Shown here one piece after another: positions 38,568 to 50,023 of a stretch of 64,000 nt of DNA; positions within the stretch are counted from its first letter, which is position 1, and each line of letters begins with the position of its first letter. Origin of the DNA: an uncultured Chloroflexia bacterium (GTDB taxonomy: Bacteria; Chloroflexota; UBA6077; JACCZL01); assembly GCA_963765765.1 (NCBI GenBank), contig CAVXYC010000015.1:480001-544000 (forward strand), read 5' to 3'. A program made the translations under genes and the position numbers. The notes below the pieces were generated by a model. That model was given only the letters and a program-made list of their open reading frames with translations. It searched no databases and had not been told where the DNA came from.

Positions 38568-39893
38568 TCAATTCATCTGATAGACGGGCAGCGACATGAT
38601 CAGGTGGAGCAGTCCACGCACCTTCTCATCCAGAGCGTCTGGCGACAATTGTTCCGTGGCGCCTGGGCCCGTGCGCACGTACTGCACCAGCTCCGCACGT
38701 ATTTCGGGGGCTACGTCGCCATCCACCAGAAGTGCCAAACAATGGTCCACGAGCCCCTCGATCCCCGCCGACGCTCCGGCAATGATCCGCGCGGGATCGA
38801 TGCTGGTTCGTGTGGGATCGTTTCGCGCGGAGACCATGCGGCTTGCCATGTTGAATCTCTCGAGCAAGGTGGATGTGCTGATCCAACTTCGTCCGCCGTC
38901 CCAGCCTTTTACGTTTGGCGGATTGAACAGCTCCTGTCCCATCCGCCGCATGCTGGGCAGAATGTCTTGCCAGGCAGTCTCAGCCTTAAGCTGCTTCATC
39001 GCCCCGATCACGAGCTCCGCGGGACTTTTCACCGTGGCGTGAAAGGCTTGGTCTGAGCGGAACTCCGGCGATAGCAAAATCGCCTCGATCACCGGACGAA
39101 CCTGATAGTTGTTCGACCGATAGATTTCAGCGAGTCGATCGATTTCCTCGGGCGAGGGTTGGTCGTCAACGAAGAAGCGGAAAAGGCGCGAGGCAAGCCG
39201 CTTCGCCGTAGCAGGATTTGCCGCGAGCGCATCCAGCACGTCTGCTCCGTCCAGAGCTCCGACCTGGCCAAGAAATTGTTTGACACCGAAGTCGTGCGCG
39301 CCGGGACGAAATGTGAAAGCCATGACGGCGGGGTCAACGTGCCAGCCCGTAAACGCACGGGCGGCCACTTTCACGTCGTCTTCGCTGTAGTTGCCGATCC
39401 CCAGCGTGAAGAACTCCATGAGCTCACGTGCAAAGTTCTCATTGGGTGCGCCCTTCCGATTCTGATTCCCGTCCAACCAGCGCAGCATTGCCGGGTCACG
39501 GGCAATGGCCTGAACAAGACTTCGAAAGCTCCCCAGCGCGTGGTTTCGGAAGGTGTCATTCTGCCACTGCATTACCAGAGGGTCGCGCACCTTGCTGATG
39601 GCGGTGGCAAAGTGGCCGTGCCAGAACAGCGTCATCTTTTCTTGCAGCGGCCGACGCGTATGGAGCATTCGAAAAAGCCAGGCCATCTGAATGCCACCCG
39701 GTGCGGAGATGTCGATACTCTGCTGAGCTAATCGATCATCCACATCGTCTGGCACGCGCTCCGGATTAAGGAGCGTGTCCACGGCGCGTTCAAAGCCCAT
39801 GGCAGAGTACTGGTGAATCTCCTCTGCCGTTGCGCCAAAGCCTGTTCTGCGAAGCAGATGGGTGGTGAGCAGCCGCGGCTCGTCTAATCCCAT
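38568..39893 (-). CDS. DUF1800 protein
   Basis: HLLRRTGFG, EKMTLFWHGHFAT, PNENFARELME.FTLG, PPNVKGW. Confidence 0.93.
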   Translation of the reverse strand: MGLDEPRLLTTHLLRRTGFGATAEEIHQYSAMGFERAVDTLLNPERVPDDVDDRLAQQSIDISAPGGIQMAWLFRMLHTRRPLQEKMTLFWHGHFATAISKVRDPLVMQWQNDTFRNHALGSFRSLVQAIARDPAMLRWLDGNQNRKGAPNENFARELMEFFTLGIGNYSEDDVKVAARAFTGWHVDPAVMAFTFRPGAHDFGVKQFLGQVGALDGADVLDALAANPATAKRLASRLFRFFVDDQPSPEEIDRLAEIYRSNNYQVRPVIEAILLSPEFRSDQAFHATVKSPAELVIGAMKQLKAETAWQDILPSMRRMGQELFNPPNVKGWDGGRSWISTSTLLERFNMASRMVSARNDPTRTSIDPARIIAGASAGIEGLVDHCLALLVDGDVAPEIRAELVQYVRTGPGATEQLSPDALDEKVRGLLHLIMSLPVYQMN

Positions 39894-40040
39894 GAGAGGG
39901 AAACCTCGGTGTGATGTCTCGCTCAGTATCACCACCAGGGGCTAACGGACTTACAAGAGCCTCGTAAACGAAGTGTTAAAGAGCTGCGCCGTGCAGCCTA
40001 TTCAGCTTCGCTCAATTGCGGTGTTAGAGCGCAAACCCGC

Positions 40041-40049
40041 TGATATACT
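40041..40049 (+). promoter_or_regulatory. Possible extended -10 promoter for pspA
   Basis: TGATATACT upstream of the AAGGAG RBS and ATG 40135. Confidence 0.4.
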
Positions 40050-40134
40050 GGGCCAGTGGAACCAAATTCGAAATTAAGGCGTCTAACCTAGCGAACATCG
40101 AGAATGTGCCTCGGTAGCTTACAAGGAGATCCAT

Positions 40135-40797
40135 ATGTCAATTCTGGATCGCGTCGGCCTCCTGATCCGATCGAACATCAACGACCTGCTCGATCACGCG
40201 GAGGATCCAGAGAAAACGATCAATCAACTCATCATCGATATGAACAACCAGCTTTCGGAAGTTCGCAAGCAGGTGGCTCGTGCCATCGCCGATGAGAATC
40301 AGCTTCACGACAAGTACGAGGATAACCAGGCAAAAGCAAACGACTGGGAAGAGAAGGCCCGATTGGCCGTCTCGAAGAGTCAGGATGATCTCGCGAAAGA
40401 GGCCCTGACCCGTCGCAATAATTTCCAGCAGACCGCGGACGGCTTCCGGGCTCAGTGGCAGGAGCAGAGTGCGCAGGTAGCGCAACTCAGGGGCGCGCTC
40501 GATAGTCTGACGGCAAAGGTCCAGGAAGCTGAGACCAAGCGCGATCTTCTGATTGCGCGCAGCCGGCGCGCGAAGGCCGAGACGAGCATTCGCGAGACCA
40601 TGCAGGGCATCGACCAGACCAGCGCCGTCTCAGACTTTGAGCGCATGGAAGATCGTGTCTCACGCCAGGAGGCCGAGGCCAAGGCGCTTACTCAGCTCGA
40701 GACGGACGACGTGGAGGAGCGCTTCAAGAAGCTCGAATCCGAGTCTGACGTGGATGCTCAGCTTGCCGAGCTCAAGTCCAAGATGGGCCACCAGTAG
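40135..40797 (+). CDS. pspA: PspA/IM30 family protein
   Basis: IRSNINDLLDHAEDPEK, DDLAKEAL, FERMEDRV; coiled coil. Confidence 0.94.
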   Translation: MSILDRVGLLIRSNINDLLDHAEDPEKTINQLIIDMNNQLSEVRKQVARAIADENQLHDKYEDNQAKANDWEEKARLAVSKSQDDLAKEALTRRNNFQQTADGFRAQWQEQSAQVAQLRGALDSLTAKVQEAETKRDLLIARSRRAKAETSIRETMQGIDQTSAVSDFERMEDRVSRQEAEAKALTQLETDDVEERFKKLESESDVDAQLAELKSKMGHQ

Positions 40798-40825
40798 TCC
40801 GCTACAGGGCTCAATCCTAAAATTA

Positions 40826-40858
40826 GCCGTTCCGCTGACGCGGAGCGGCCTTTCTTTT
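40826..40858 (+). terminator. Intrinsic terminator after pspA
   Basis: gccgttccgc-tgac-gcggagcggc followed by ctttctttt. Confidence 0.75.
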
Positions 40859-40861
40859 CGT

Positions 40862-42100
40862 CTAGGACTGAAACGCGTTGGCGAGGACCGCCGCACTCCA
40901 AGGCGCTTCCGCTGATACTGGGTCAGATGTACCGACGATGCCGAGGAATTCGCGCCCCGACGATGCGGCCGCAGCCACTGAAGGTAGGCTATCGGAAGGG
41001 CCATTACCGTCCGAGCTGATGAACCCTGGCGGGAGGAGCTTCTGCCGGTTGGCGATGAGCTCAATGGCCGTACGGCCAATCTCATAGCGATACGGATTGT
41101 CAGATACGCGCTGGAGAGTCAGCATCTGGTCCGTCTCTCCGTCCATCGCCATCTTCACCGCGGCGCGGCCTAACGCTTCGGCCTCCTCAGCGTCCACGGG
41201 GGATCGGAGTGCGATGGACGATCGCTGTAGCCGGCTGAGCGGATCCACTCGTGCGCGGAGTCCTAGCTCACCCTGGATTCTTCGAGCGAGATACATCGCC
41301 GGGCTGGCGAAATATGGGTGGCCGAATGAGTCCACGAATTCGGGACCGGCCTCGCTTCCCAGCACGCCGCCATCAGCGGCGGGCTGATTCTCGCAGAGTA
41401 CGATCACCGCGTAGCCGATGGAGCTGTGCATGTCCTGAATGCGCCGCATGATCTCCTCGGTTGAGAGCGGCGCCTCTGGAAGCAGGACAAGGTGCGGCGC
41501 GTCTTCGGGTGAGCGTCGACCGAGCGCGGATGAAGCGGCGAGCCAACCGGCATCTCGACCCATGACTTCAATGAGGCGGATCGGGTCGGTGCGGCGCATG
41601 GCCGCCGTATCCGTTCCGATCTCCTGCGTCGCCACGGCGACGAAGCGCGCTGCGCTGCCGAATCCGGGGCAGTGATCCATTTCAGGAAGATCGTTGTCAA
41701 TGGTTTTCGGAAGGCCTAGAAAGCGGGTCTCTAGGCCTGCCTCGTGGGCGGCGCGACCGAGTCGATGCGTCGTGTCGGCAGAGTCATTGCCACCTGCATA
41801 AAGGAACGCGTCGACCTCGAGCTCACGGAGGCACTCCAGGACAATTTCCACATCCTGCTCATCGAGCTTGTGGCGGCAGGAGCCGAGCGCTGCCGATGGC
41901 GTGCGGCGTAGTTGATTAACCTGTGCGGGGGTTTCATGAGAAAGATCGACCAGGTCCCGGGCAAGGACACCCTCGATACCATGCCGCATGCCCAGGACAC
42001 GATGGCCTCTGGCGGCCTCAATGACCCCGGCGAGCGTGCAATTGATGACAGCCGTGGGCCCGCCGGATTGCCCGACGAGAACGGTCGGTGTGTGCGGCAC
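40862..42100 (-). CDS. pfp: Phosphofructokinase (PPi-dependent type); C-terminus may be affected by indels
   Basis: GQSGGPTAVIN, GGNDSADT, PKTIDNDL, EVMGRDAGWL. Confidence 0.9.
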   Translation of the reverse strand: MPHTPTVLVGQSGGPTAVINCTLAGVIEAARGHRVLGMRHGIEGVLARDLVDLSHETPAQVNQLRRTPSAALGSCRHKLDEQDVEIVLECLRELEVDAFLYAGGNDSADTTHRLGRAAHEAGLETRFLGLPKTIDNDLPEMDHCPGFGSAARFVAVATQEIGTDTAAMRRTDPIRLIEVMGRDAGWLAASSALGRRSPEDAPHLVLLPEAPLSTEEIMRRIQDMHSSIGYAVIVLCENQPAADGGVLGSEAGPEFVDSFGHPYFASPAMYLARRIQGELGLRARVDPLSRLQRSSIALRSPVDAEEAEALGRAAVKMAMDGETDQMLTLQRVSDNPYRYEIGRTAIELIANRQKLLPPGFISSDGNGPSDSLPSVAAAASSGREFLGIVGTSDPVSAEAPWSAAVLANAFQS

Positions 42101-42114
42101 TCTGGCGGAGTCGC

Positions 42115-42672
42115 TTAGGCGAACGAACCGCGCACGGCGAGTGCGACGGGAGTGTCCTGGAGTGCTCGGATGATCTCGCGCGTGAATGCCGGAAGATCGT
42201 CGGGAGAACGCGAGGTGATCAGATTCTCGTCCCGCGCGACTTCTTGATCGACATAATTCGCCCCTGCGTTGACGAGATCGTCTTTGATGGAGCGGAAACA
42301 CGTCACCGTGCGGCCGCGCACGATGTCTGCCGAGGCCAGCATCCAACCTGCGTGGCAAATTGCGGCCACGACCTTCCCCTGGCCATACGCATCGCGGACA
42401 AGTTTGATCATGGCCGGATATCGGCGCATGTGGTCCGGGGCATATCCACCCGGAATCACAACCGCGTCAAATTGCCCGGCGTCCACCATGTCAGCCTCGG
42501 CATCAACTTTGACCGGGTACCCATGTTTACTGGTGTAGAGGTCAGCGCTGCCCGAGCCTACGACAAACACTTCTGCGCCAGCTTCTCTTAGTCGATAGAG
42601 CGGATACCAGAGCTCAAGATCTTCGTAGAGATTTTCAGCGAGAACCGCGACACGTCGACCGTCTAGCTCCAT
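42115..42672 (-). CDS. PfpI/DJ-1 family type 1 glutamine amidotransferase-like protein
   Basis: YEDLELWYP, IPGGYAPD, AICHAGW, TSRSPDDL. Confidence 0.94.
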   Translation of the reverse strand: MELDGRRVAVLAENLYEDLELWYPLYRLREAGAEVFVVGSGSADLYTSKHGYPVKVDAEADMVDAGQFDAVVIPGGYAPDHMRRYPAMIKLVRDAYGQGKVVAAICHAGWMLASADIVRGRTVTCFRSIKDDLVNAGANYVDQEVARDENLITSRSPDDLPAFTREIIRALQDTPVALAVRGSFA

Positions 42673-43072
42673 CCGTGTGCTCCTAATCCGGTGGGGCGAT
42701 TGAACCTCGAGCATGATGTCGAGGCGACTCTGACGTCAGTATAGCAGTGTACAATTTGGTTCCCGGTTGCTTCCGAACTTGCGGAGACTAGATCGATCAG
42801 TCCAAAACGCTGCCTGCCTGATCGACCCACCGAGTAGCGAAGGAGCGTGGATCTCGAGCGTGCTAGAGCCTGACGTGTTCCCCTCGCCGTTGCTCGAGAA
42901 TTTCCGCTCGATTCGCGGCGAAGATCGGATGCAACTCCTCGAGCTTTCTGATGTCTCCACGCATTCCGCGCTTGTATATCAACGCTACGGATCACCAGCG
43001 GAGGTTGGCATCGCTCGCACCTCTCCAAAGTCTGACATAGCAACAAAGCGACCGTCGGCAAGGTTCAAGTAG

Positions 43073-44686
43073 GTGGCGAATACGGAATTTCAGGAGCGAC
43101 TTTCTCTACGTATGAGCGCCGATGGAGCGGCTCTGGATAGACCAGGACCAGAGGCGCAACTCGAAGAGCTGGGTAGGCTCGGCAAGACGCTTTTGCAAGG
43201 TTCACGCCTTTTGGTGGCCAGCAATCGCGGTCCCGTGCAGTACGGGCTGAGACCGGATGGCAGCCTGGAGCGACAGCGCGGCGCAGGCGGCGTGGTGACA
43301 GCGCTCATTTCGCTGCAGCGGTACCTCCGACTTACGTGGGTCTCCTGTGCGCTTTCCGATGGAGACCGTCGAGCCGCCCAGCTAGAAGAAAAGCGCCTTT
43401 CATCTGGCACAGGGAGCGACGAGGGAGATCTTGCGGCTCGGTTTGTCGCCGTTCCTCCGGCGACGTTCCGTCGCTACTACTTCAAGTTTGCCAACCCACT
43501 GCTCTGGTTCCTTCAACACTACATGTGGGATCCGTCGCGGCAGCCGGATATTGACCGCGCTATGCACCGTGCCTGGGACAACGGGTACGTCTCCGTCAAT
43601 CAGGCGTTTGCCAACACGCTCATCGATGAAGCTCAGCGACCGGACGCATCACCGTTTATCATGCTGCACGATTACCACCTGTACCTCGTCGGGCGAATGA
43701 TCCGCGAAAAGCTACCCGATGTCGTGCTGCAGCATTTCATCCACATCCCGTGGCCCGACCCTGAATACTGGCACCTTTTGCCGGCGGATATGCGATCGGC
43801 CATTTTTGCTGGTCTATGTGCCAACGACATCGTGGGAATGCAGACGCGTCGCTCCGTGCGCAACTTTCTGAGCGGCTGTCAGGCCTACCTACCGGACGCG
43901 GAGATTGGTTGGGGCACGGAGACCATCTTCTGGCGAGGCCATGAGATGCGAGTTCGAACATATCCAATCTCGATCGACGTCGAGAGTGTGCGGGAGACCA
44001 TGGCTTCGGCGCCTTACCGACGGGCCGTGGAGCGTATGCGTCGTCGACGGGGGGAATTCACCATCGTTCGCACGGATCGACTGGAGCCCAGCAAGAACAT
44101 TCTGCGAGGCTTCAAGGCATTCGACATATTCCTGAGGCGAAACCGTCATTTGCGCGGACGAGTGAAATTTTGGGCGTTTCTAGTGCCTTCCCGAACGTCG
44201 CTCCCACAGTACAAGAACTATCTCGATGAGACCCGCAGGCTCATAGACCAGATCAATGCACGCCACGGAACAGATGTATGGAAGCCCATTGAGATGTTCT
44301 ACGAGAATGACTATGTGCAGGCTCTGGCAGGCATGTCAGAAGCTGATGTCATGCTCGTTAACCCGATCATTGATGGGATGAACCTGGTTGCCAAGGAAGC
44401 GCCCATAGTAAGTACGCGGAACGCTGTGCTAATTCTGTCAGAAGGCGCGGGCGCTTTTGAACAGCTCCAGGACGGCGCATTGCCTGTGACACCCACCGAC
44501 ATCGAGGGGACGGTACAGGCGTTTGAAATAGCGCTTTCCATGCCAGCCTATGAGCGGGCTCGTCGGACGGCCCTCCTTCGCGCCGAGGTGGAGGAGAATG
44601 ACATTACGATGTGGCTTCACCAGCAGCTTCGCGATCTCGCGCTGCTTGCCCCTGAGCGCACGCCTCCTGAGCTACTCCGAGCTTAG
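43073..44686 (+). CDS. otsA: Trehalose-6-phosphate synthase (GT20)
   Basis: ASNRGP, HDYHL, FIHIPWP, DRLEPSKN, DGMNLVAKE. Confidence 0.92.
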   Translation: MANTEFQERLSLRMSADGAALDRPGPEAQLEELGRLGKTLLQGSRLLVASNRGPVQYGLRPDGSLERQRGAGGVVTALISLQRYLRLTWVSCALSDGDRRAAQLEEKRLSSGTGSDEGDLAARFVAVPPATFRRYYFKFANPLLWFLQHYMWDPSRQPDIDRAMHRAWDNGYVSVNQAFANTLIDEAQRPDASPFIMLHDYHLYLVGRMIREKLPDVVLQHFIHIPWPDPEYWHLLPADMRSAIFAGLCANDIVGMQTRRSVRNFLSGCQAYLPDAEIGWGTETIFWRGHEMRVRTYPISIDVESVRETMASAPYRRAVERMRRRRGEFTIVRTDRLEPSKNILRGFKAFDIFLRRNRHLRGRVKFWAFLVPSRTSLPQYKNYLDETRRLIDQINARHGTDVWKPIEMFYENDYVQALAGMSEADVMLVNPIIDGMNLVAKEAPIVSTRNAVLILSEGAGAFEQLQDGALPVTPTDIEGTVQAFEIALSMPAYERARRTALLRAEVEENDITMWLHQQLRDLALLAPERTPPELLRA

Positions 44687-45472
44687 CCTTACCAGCAGCT
44701 CAACGGCACTTGCCACGCCGTCGATCACGGCGTCGGCAGTCTCAAGGAGCGCACCGGGACTCTCGGAGCTTCGTACCGCGATCGCGGCTGTGTGAACACC
44801 GTGGTTGCGCAACTCCTGCAAAGCACGAAATCCGTTGACGTCCGTGACATCATCACCGAGATACACCGCCCCTCGTAGAGCACGCTGCTCAACGATGCCG
44901 AGAATGGCACTTCCTTTGTGCACGGCGACCGGTGGACGTAGGTTGATAACTTTGCGTCCGTCCTCGACCTCTAAAGGCTCGCACTCCGAGCAATCGCGAA
45001 TCGCCTGGTAAATCGAGTGCCGCGCAGCGGATGGATCCGGCGCCGTCCGATAGTGAACACTGATGCTCAGGCGCTTATTCTCCACGACGACGCCCTGATG
45101 ACCTTCAAGTGTGCGTAGCCCGTTAGCGCAGATTTGAACAATAGGAATAAATTGCTCGATTGATGGATCGACAATGGTGCGTCGCCCCACGAGATGCTCC
45201 ATGCCGTGGTTTCCGATGTAGTGGATTCCGGCAACCCGGACCATGCGCCGTGCGTCGGCCGCGGATCGCCCGGACACGACGCCGACTGAATCGAGCCGAC
45301 TACGCAAGCTTCGTAGCGCGATGCGAACCGCCTCGGAAATGTGGGCATCATCAGGATTGACCACAATTGGGCTGATCGTCCCATCAACGTCCGTGAAGAG
45401 CCCCGCTGGCACATGCTTTATCGCGTTTCGCGCAACGCGAAGCGCCTCCTCGATCGATGAGGGGTTAGTCAA
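44672..45472 (-). CDS. otsB: Trehalose-6-phosphate phosphatase (HAD)
   Basis: DVDGTISPI, VVSGR, GNHG.E, HYR, HKG, YLGDDVTDV. Confidence 0.92.
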   Translation of the reverse strand: MTNPSSIEEALRVARNAIKHVPAGLFTDVDGTISPIVVNPDDAHISEAVRIALRSLRSRLDSVGVVSGRSAADARRMVRVAGIHYIGNHGMEHLVGRRTIVDPSIEQFIPIVQICANGLRTLEGHQGVVVENKRLSISVHYRTAPDPSAARHSIYQAIRDCSECEPLEVEDGRKVINLRPPVAVHKGSAILGIVEQRALRGAVYLGDDVTDVNGFRALQELRNHGVHTAAIAVRSSESPGALLETADAVIDGVASAVELLVRLSSE

Positions 45473-45785
45473 TCCAGCAGTCTTTCGATAGATTGGGACA
45501 CCCGCCGGGCTATTTGCCCGCCATGGCAAGGGGCCCACCGGCCATGCGCCCGCGGCGCTGCAGCTCTCATCAGCACCAGGCCACCGGAATCGAGCATCGA
45601 TGCCGCTGTTCATGTCGTGGTGGTGCGTTCGAGCGCTTGCAGCATCTGAGCTTGACCTGGCGCACCGTTCCCCACCACAACACACAGGTCCATCTCACTG
45701 TCGGCGTGCCCTCGCGCCGAGTCTCGATATACTGAAAGTCGGTTGCCGATTCGCGTCTGCGCACGGATAAAATCAAACGTCCCAT

Positions 45786-45860
45786 TCCCCGATAGCTCAA
45801 CGGTAGAGCGTCCGGCTGTTAACCGGTAGGTTACAGGTTCGAATCCTGTTCGGGGAGCCA
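45786..45860 (+). tRNA. tRNA-Asn (GTT)
   Basis: TCCCCGA/TCGGGGA acceptor stem, anticodon loop CTGTTAA, T-arm GGTTCGAATCC, encoded CCA. Confidence 0.97.
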
Positions 45861-46303
45861 AATATCACTTTTGCCGTTCGATGATGAACAGAGCGACGAA
45901 TCCGAGCGCTTGCACCTGCCCGTGCACCTGCATCAGCGTTGGGGTGCCCGCGGAGAGTGAGAAACCTGAAGGCGAAGCCGAGCAGCAGATACAAACCCAG
46001 GCCGAACCCGCCCGAGAGCGCCAGGGCGAGGCTGAGACGGATTAGCCGAATGGTCGGTCGAGGAACCCGAACCCTTCTTGGCCCGACGGCTCACGGCGTG
46101 CTGACCTATTCCCCAACGTCAGAATGGGGCGGCGCTGGGATCCCGATGATCGCATTGACGCTTCCCTTCCCAGGAGGATGGCACCGCTGTAGTCTGGAAG
46201 GGCTTCTATGAGATTTACGGACCAGATCAGTATCTCCGTTGATGAACAGCCCGAAATTCGCGAGCCACACAGATGTTGCACGATTCTTCATGATTGCCGC
46301 TGT

Positions 46304-47230
46304 CTACCCCGTCAAGACCGATGCGACTTGACGCCGGAAATGCAAGGTGTCGGACGCAAACGACAGAAACGCTTGGAGTGCCGGCGAATGATAAGCATCC
46401 TTGAGTTGAGCAATCACCATCCGGCACGTGAGCGGTGCGCCTTCGATACGCACCTTGACAAGTGGCGGACCAGCGCCTTCTCCTAACCAGGCATGGGTCA
46501 CGTGCACGCCGAGCCCTTCGGAGACAAGCGCCCGGGCGAGCCCCACACTTCCGGCGTGAAAGGCGAAGTTCGGGGTGAACCCGGTGCTTTCAGCAGCTCG
46601 GACCAGCTTGAGTTGTCGTGTTGCGGGAGCCGGCGCCATGCGAATGAAGCGCTCAGTGGCCAGCTCCTCCAGGCGGCAAAATTCACGTTGAGCCAGCGGG
46701 TGGCGTGGCCCGACCAGCACCACCAGCTCCTCATCAGTGACCAGGTCGGTGCTCAAATCGGACGGGTTGCTCACAAGCCCGAGGTCAATCAGCGCCACGT
46801 CGCATTGACCGTCACGCAGACGGGCCACCAGCGCCTGGGTAGTGGCCTCAGTGTAGTGAATCTGGACGCCGGGACGGATGTCGCTAAATCCTTTGAACAG
46901 ACCGGGCAGGTCGATGGCGCCGGCACCCAGCGTGTACTCCGCGCCCACGGAGACCCGTCCGGTTTCGGCCTCTGAGTAGGCGCGCATCTCGGCAGAGGCG
47001 ACGTTGACCTGGGTAAGAATGGCGTCAACCCGCCGTAAGAATCGCGCGCCCGCGGGTGTCACCGTCACGTGGCCGTTACGGCGGTCCAGTAGCTCGATTC
47101 CCAGCTCTCGCTCGAGGTGTTTGATCTGCTGTGAGAGCCCAGGTTGAACTATATGGAGCTCAGCAGCGGCGCGGGTGAAACTACGCAGCCGCGCAACACT
47201 CTGAAAATAACGGATTTGACGCAGCTCCAT
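46304..47230 (-). CDS. LysR family transcriptional regulator
   Basis: MELRQIRYF..VA...SFTRAAAELHIVQPGLSQQIKHLE.ELG. Confidence 0.94.
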   Translation of the reverse strand: MELRQIRYFQSVARLRSFTRAAAELHIVQPGLSQQIKHLERELGIELLDRRNGHVTVTPAGARFLRRVDAILTQVNVASAEMRAYSEAETGRVSVGAEYTLGAGAIDLPGLFKGFSDIRPGVQIHYTEATTQALVARLRDGQCDVALIDLGLVSNPSDLSTDLVTDEELVVLVGPRHPLAQREFCRLEELATERFIRMAPAPATRQLKLVRAAESTGFTPNFAFHAGSVGLARALVSEGLGVHVTHAWLGEGAGPPLVKVRIEGAPLTCRMVIAQLKDAYHSPALQAFLSFASDTLHFRRQVASVLTG

Positions 47231-47509
47231 CCTCGCCTCCTGCATCTGCTGTCACGACTGTGCGTGACAGCTCGACAAATCGGCAAGGTTAGGAAGAATG
47301 AGGGCGCAGCTCCAGAGGCGGGCGCGTCGAACAGAAGGGGCGGCATGCGCGGGAGCGGCACTCTCATCTCCGGTATGACCGACAACCCGGCTGAGCAGAA
47401 TTGTCCTCCCGGGAGCAGTTGGATGCGAAGCATCGTCGCGTAGAACGTATCCAGCTCAGAAGTTTTCCGCAAAGACGGCGGCCGTCGCAGTCTGTCAGTG
47501 GTGGACGCT

Positions 47510-48260
47510 AATAGAGTAAACCCCGAGGTCGACCGGCCCTCTTGCAGGATCGAGCGTGTCTACATCTTCTGCAAGGCATCGACCTGAGCAAGCTCTAGAA
47601 CATAGGCTCTCAGCAATCGAAACTTCGCTTCAAGTTCAACATTGGTTTATAGGATTGTCGGGCGTCCCTCTTAGGCTAGGCACATAGCGTTGGACTGACT
47701 CTCGTCGGTGAGCGTCAGGGTCATGCTTACTCGGCCAGCTTTATTCTAAGCTCGCTGAAGATCATCGGTCTCTTCGTTCACTTGTGTTCTTTCCGCTCGG
47801 CCAGTGAGCGAATCCGCTCGCTTTCCAGGAGACAGTCATCCCAGACCTGAGGACTCTGAGGTTATTGTAGACAACCACCGCGATCAGGTAGTTCGGGTTG
47901 CTTGCATATCAGCGAGTGACTCAGGTGAGTCCCTCGCAGCGTTGAGGAATGCCTTATAGCTACAGTCTACGGAGATGCGCTTGACCTGTTTAGGCAGGAT
48001 GCCGCGAACAGATCGGAGATGATTCACCGCATCAATGCTCATGTGGGCGGGCCCCACACTGCGTACAGCCCTGGCGTGACTTCAAGGATCTCAGAGCGCC
48101 GCGACACCTCCGTTGTGGGCCGGCCAGCCGCTGCCTTGAAGAGGCTCACCATCGGCGCGCTACGATTTACGGAGTACTCGTTGAGTCCAGTCGCTATGCT
48201 GCCAGTGATCTCAAACGGGAACCGAGGGGTGTGTCAGGCTGGGTCACGTCTACCAGGCGT
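47510..48260 (-). pseudogene. Decayed MmgE/PrpD paralog
   Basis: Manual translation gives ITGSIATGLNEY, GSGWPAH, HMSIDAVNHLRSVRGI and ELEAKFRLL, matching 50024-51430, with stops, frameshifts and deletions. Confidence 0.75.
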
Positions 48261-48360
48261 TGAAAGCGTCGACCGACATGGCAATGCGGCCATGTGACGT
48301 GTGTCAGGGGCGGCCCAACCCCTACCGAGTACTGACGGGGCCAATGATGGACCACGGCCA

Positions 48361-49535
48361 TCAACTCGCCAAATCCTTCTCGAGCAGGTAATCAAGACGA
48401 TCTAGAGATGCCTGAGAAACCTGAAGCACTTCACGTGTGAGCGCCCGCAACTCCGTCGCGGAAACCAGGCTGACTGTCAGCTTAAGCCTTTCCGCCTCGG
48501 CTAGGAGCTCTGGGTCGTTCGTTGCCGCAACGAACGCTGCCTCTAATGCTTGCAGTATCTCCGTGCTAGCCCGGGTGGTGTCACGAACAGGCGGCCCATA
48601 TCATTCGGACGCTCTACCAGTGTCACTAACTCCTTATCCGTGGCACTCGCGGCGTTAAAGAGTTGCCGCGTCGTGGGCGCACTTACGAGGAGCGGGTGAT
48701 TCAGATCCTCAGCACTCCGCATCACTGGAATCAGCTTCCCGGAGCGAAGCTCATCTGAGAGCGCGCTTACAATCGTGTCCCCATCCGAAATCAAAGCGTC
48801 AACATCCCCGCGCTCTACGGCTAATCGCAGTCCTGGACTATCCTTAAATCCATAGGATATCCGTAATTGCCAACCGAGTATTTCACGGAGAACAACCGCG
48901 TATCCGTGCCAATTGTCTTTCGCCTCAAGAACTCCTATATGGAGGTTTTTTGTCTTGAGGTCCTCGGCGATTCTGATGCCAGTGCGACTGTGGACCACCA
49001 TCGCATTCTGCGATTTTGTCGGGCTACCCAAGAGACCAAGTTCGTTCACGTCATAACGAACACCTTCGTCCTTTAGGACCTGCTTCATCGCAATCGATCG
49101 GTCGGTGAGACCAATAGTCAGTCCGTCTGGCTTCTGCGAATAAATAAAGTTCGTGCCGATCATGGAAAAGCCGCCGGGCATGTTCACGGCGATGATGGTA
49201 GGAGCACCCGGTAGATGCCTGGACAGGTGGCGCTGGTACATTCGCGCCCAGATGTCGTGTCCACTGCCGGGGTTTGCGGCAACCACGATAGTCATGGTCT
49301 TACCCTGCCACGTTGGGGCGAGGCCGACCGCGGGCGCGTTGGAAACTCCCGTGGCAGCCCCAGTTGAAAGGGCATTGGCCGCGGGCGGTGGCACCGCGGT
49401 GGAAGCTACCGACTTGGCAACTGGTGGCGCCGTTGGGCTCGAAGTGGCTGCTGGAGAGCAGGCGGCCATCAACCCACCAGTTGAAGCAAGGGCAAGAATC
49501 CGCAGAAAACGACGCCTGGAAGTAGTTGGAGTCAC
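48361..49535 (-). CDS. Tripartite tricarboxylate transporter substrate-binding protein (TctC/Bug), Tat lipoprotein; frameshift near 48565
   Basis: SRRRFL..AAC signal; PGSGHDIWAR, VNMPGG, KPDGLTIG, LAVERGDVD; C-terminus continues AAFVAATNDPELLAEAERL. Confidence 0.85.
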
Positions 49536-50023
49536 GTTCTTCTCCCGAATGCCCGGCACACGAGCCACCGCGTGCCATTTCTCCACCCGCCGTTCGCGGC
49601 CACGATCACAAACCGAACGGATCGGCGTCTGCCCGCATCGGCATACTGATACGGATCGACTTAGGCGAGGGCCGTTTATGTTTTTTCGTCGCCTGGCCCA
49701 TCAACGGAGGGACCCTACAACAGAAGTTTTCCCCTCGCAACCGTGAATCAGTCAGTATTTTAGGCGCTTCAGTTTGAATCGATCACTCGCAGTGATGGCC
49801 CTAGTAGTGACTGGTCTTGGACCAGCTCCCGGACGGCGTGATACACCTGTTCTTGCGGCATGAGAATCGGTACCGCGACACACCCACGCCTCCTACGCAG
49901 CAGCGGGATGATCTCTCTGGTGCATTCTTCACGCGATGGGCCTGGCAGACAATCGAGGTCTGTGCTCATCAACACGGTGCTAGTTCTGGCATCAACCGCA
50001 GCGATTATTCGGGAGGGCTGAGA

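Noticed and set aside
37312-39893. DUF1501/DUF1800 pair as a novel system
   Set aside because: A widespread, already recognised conserved pair; nothing unusual here.
45610-45994. Small ORFs overlapping the tRNA
   Set aside because: Antisense translations of tRNA-Asn and the island-edge remnant.
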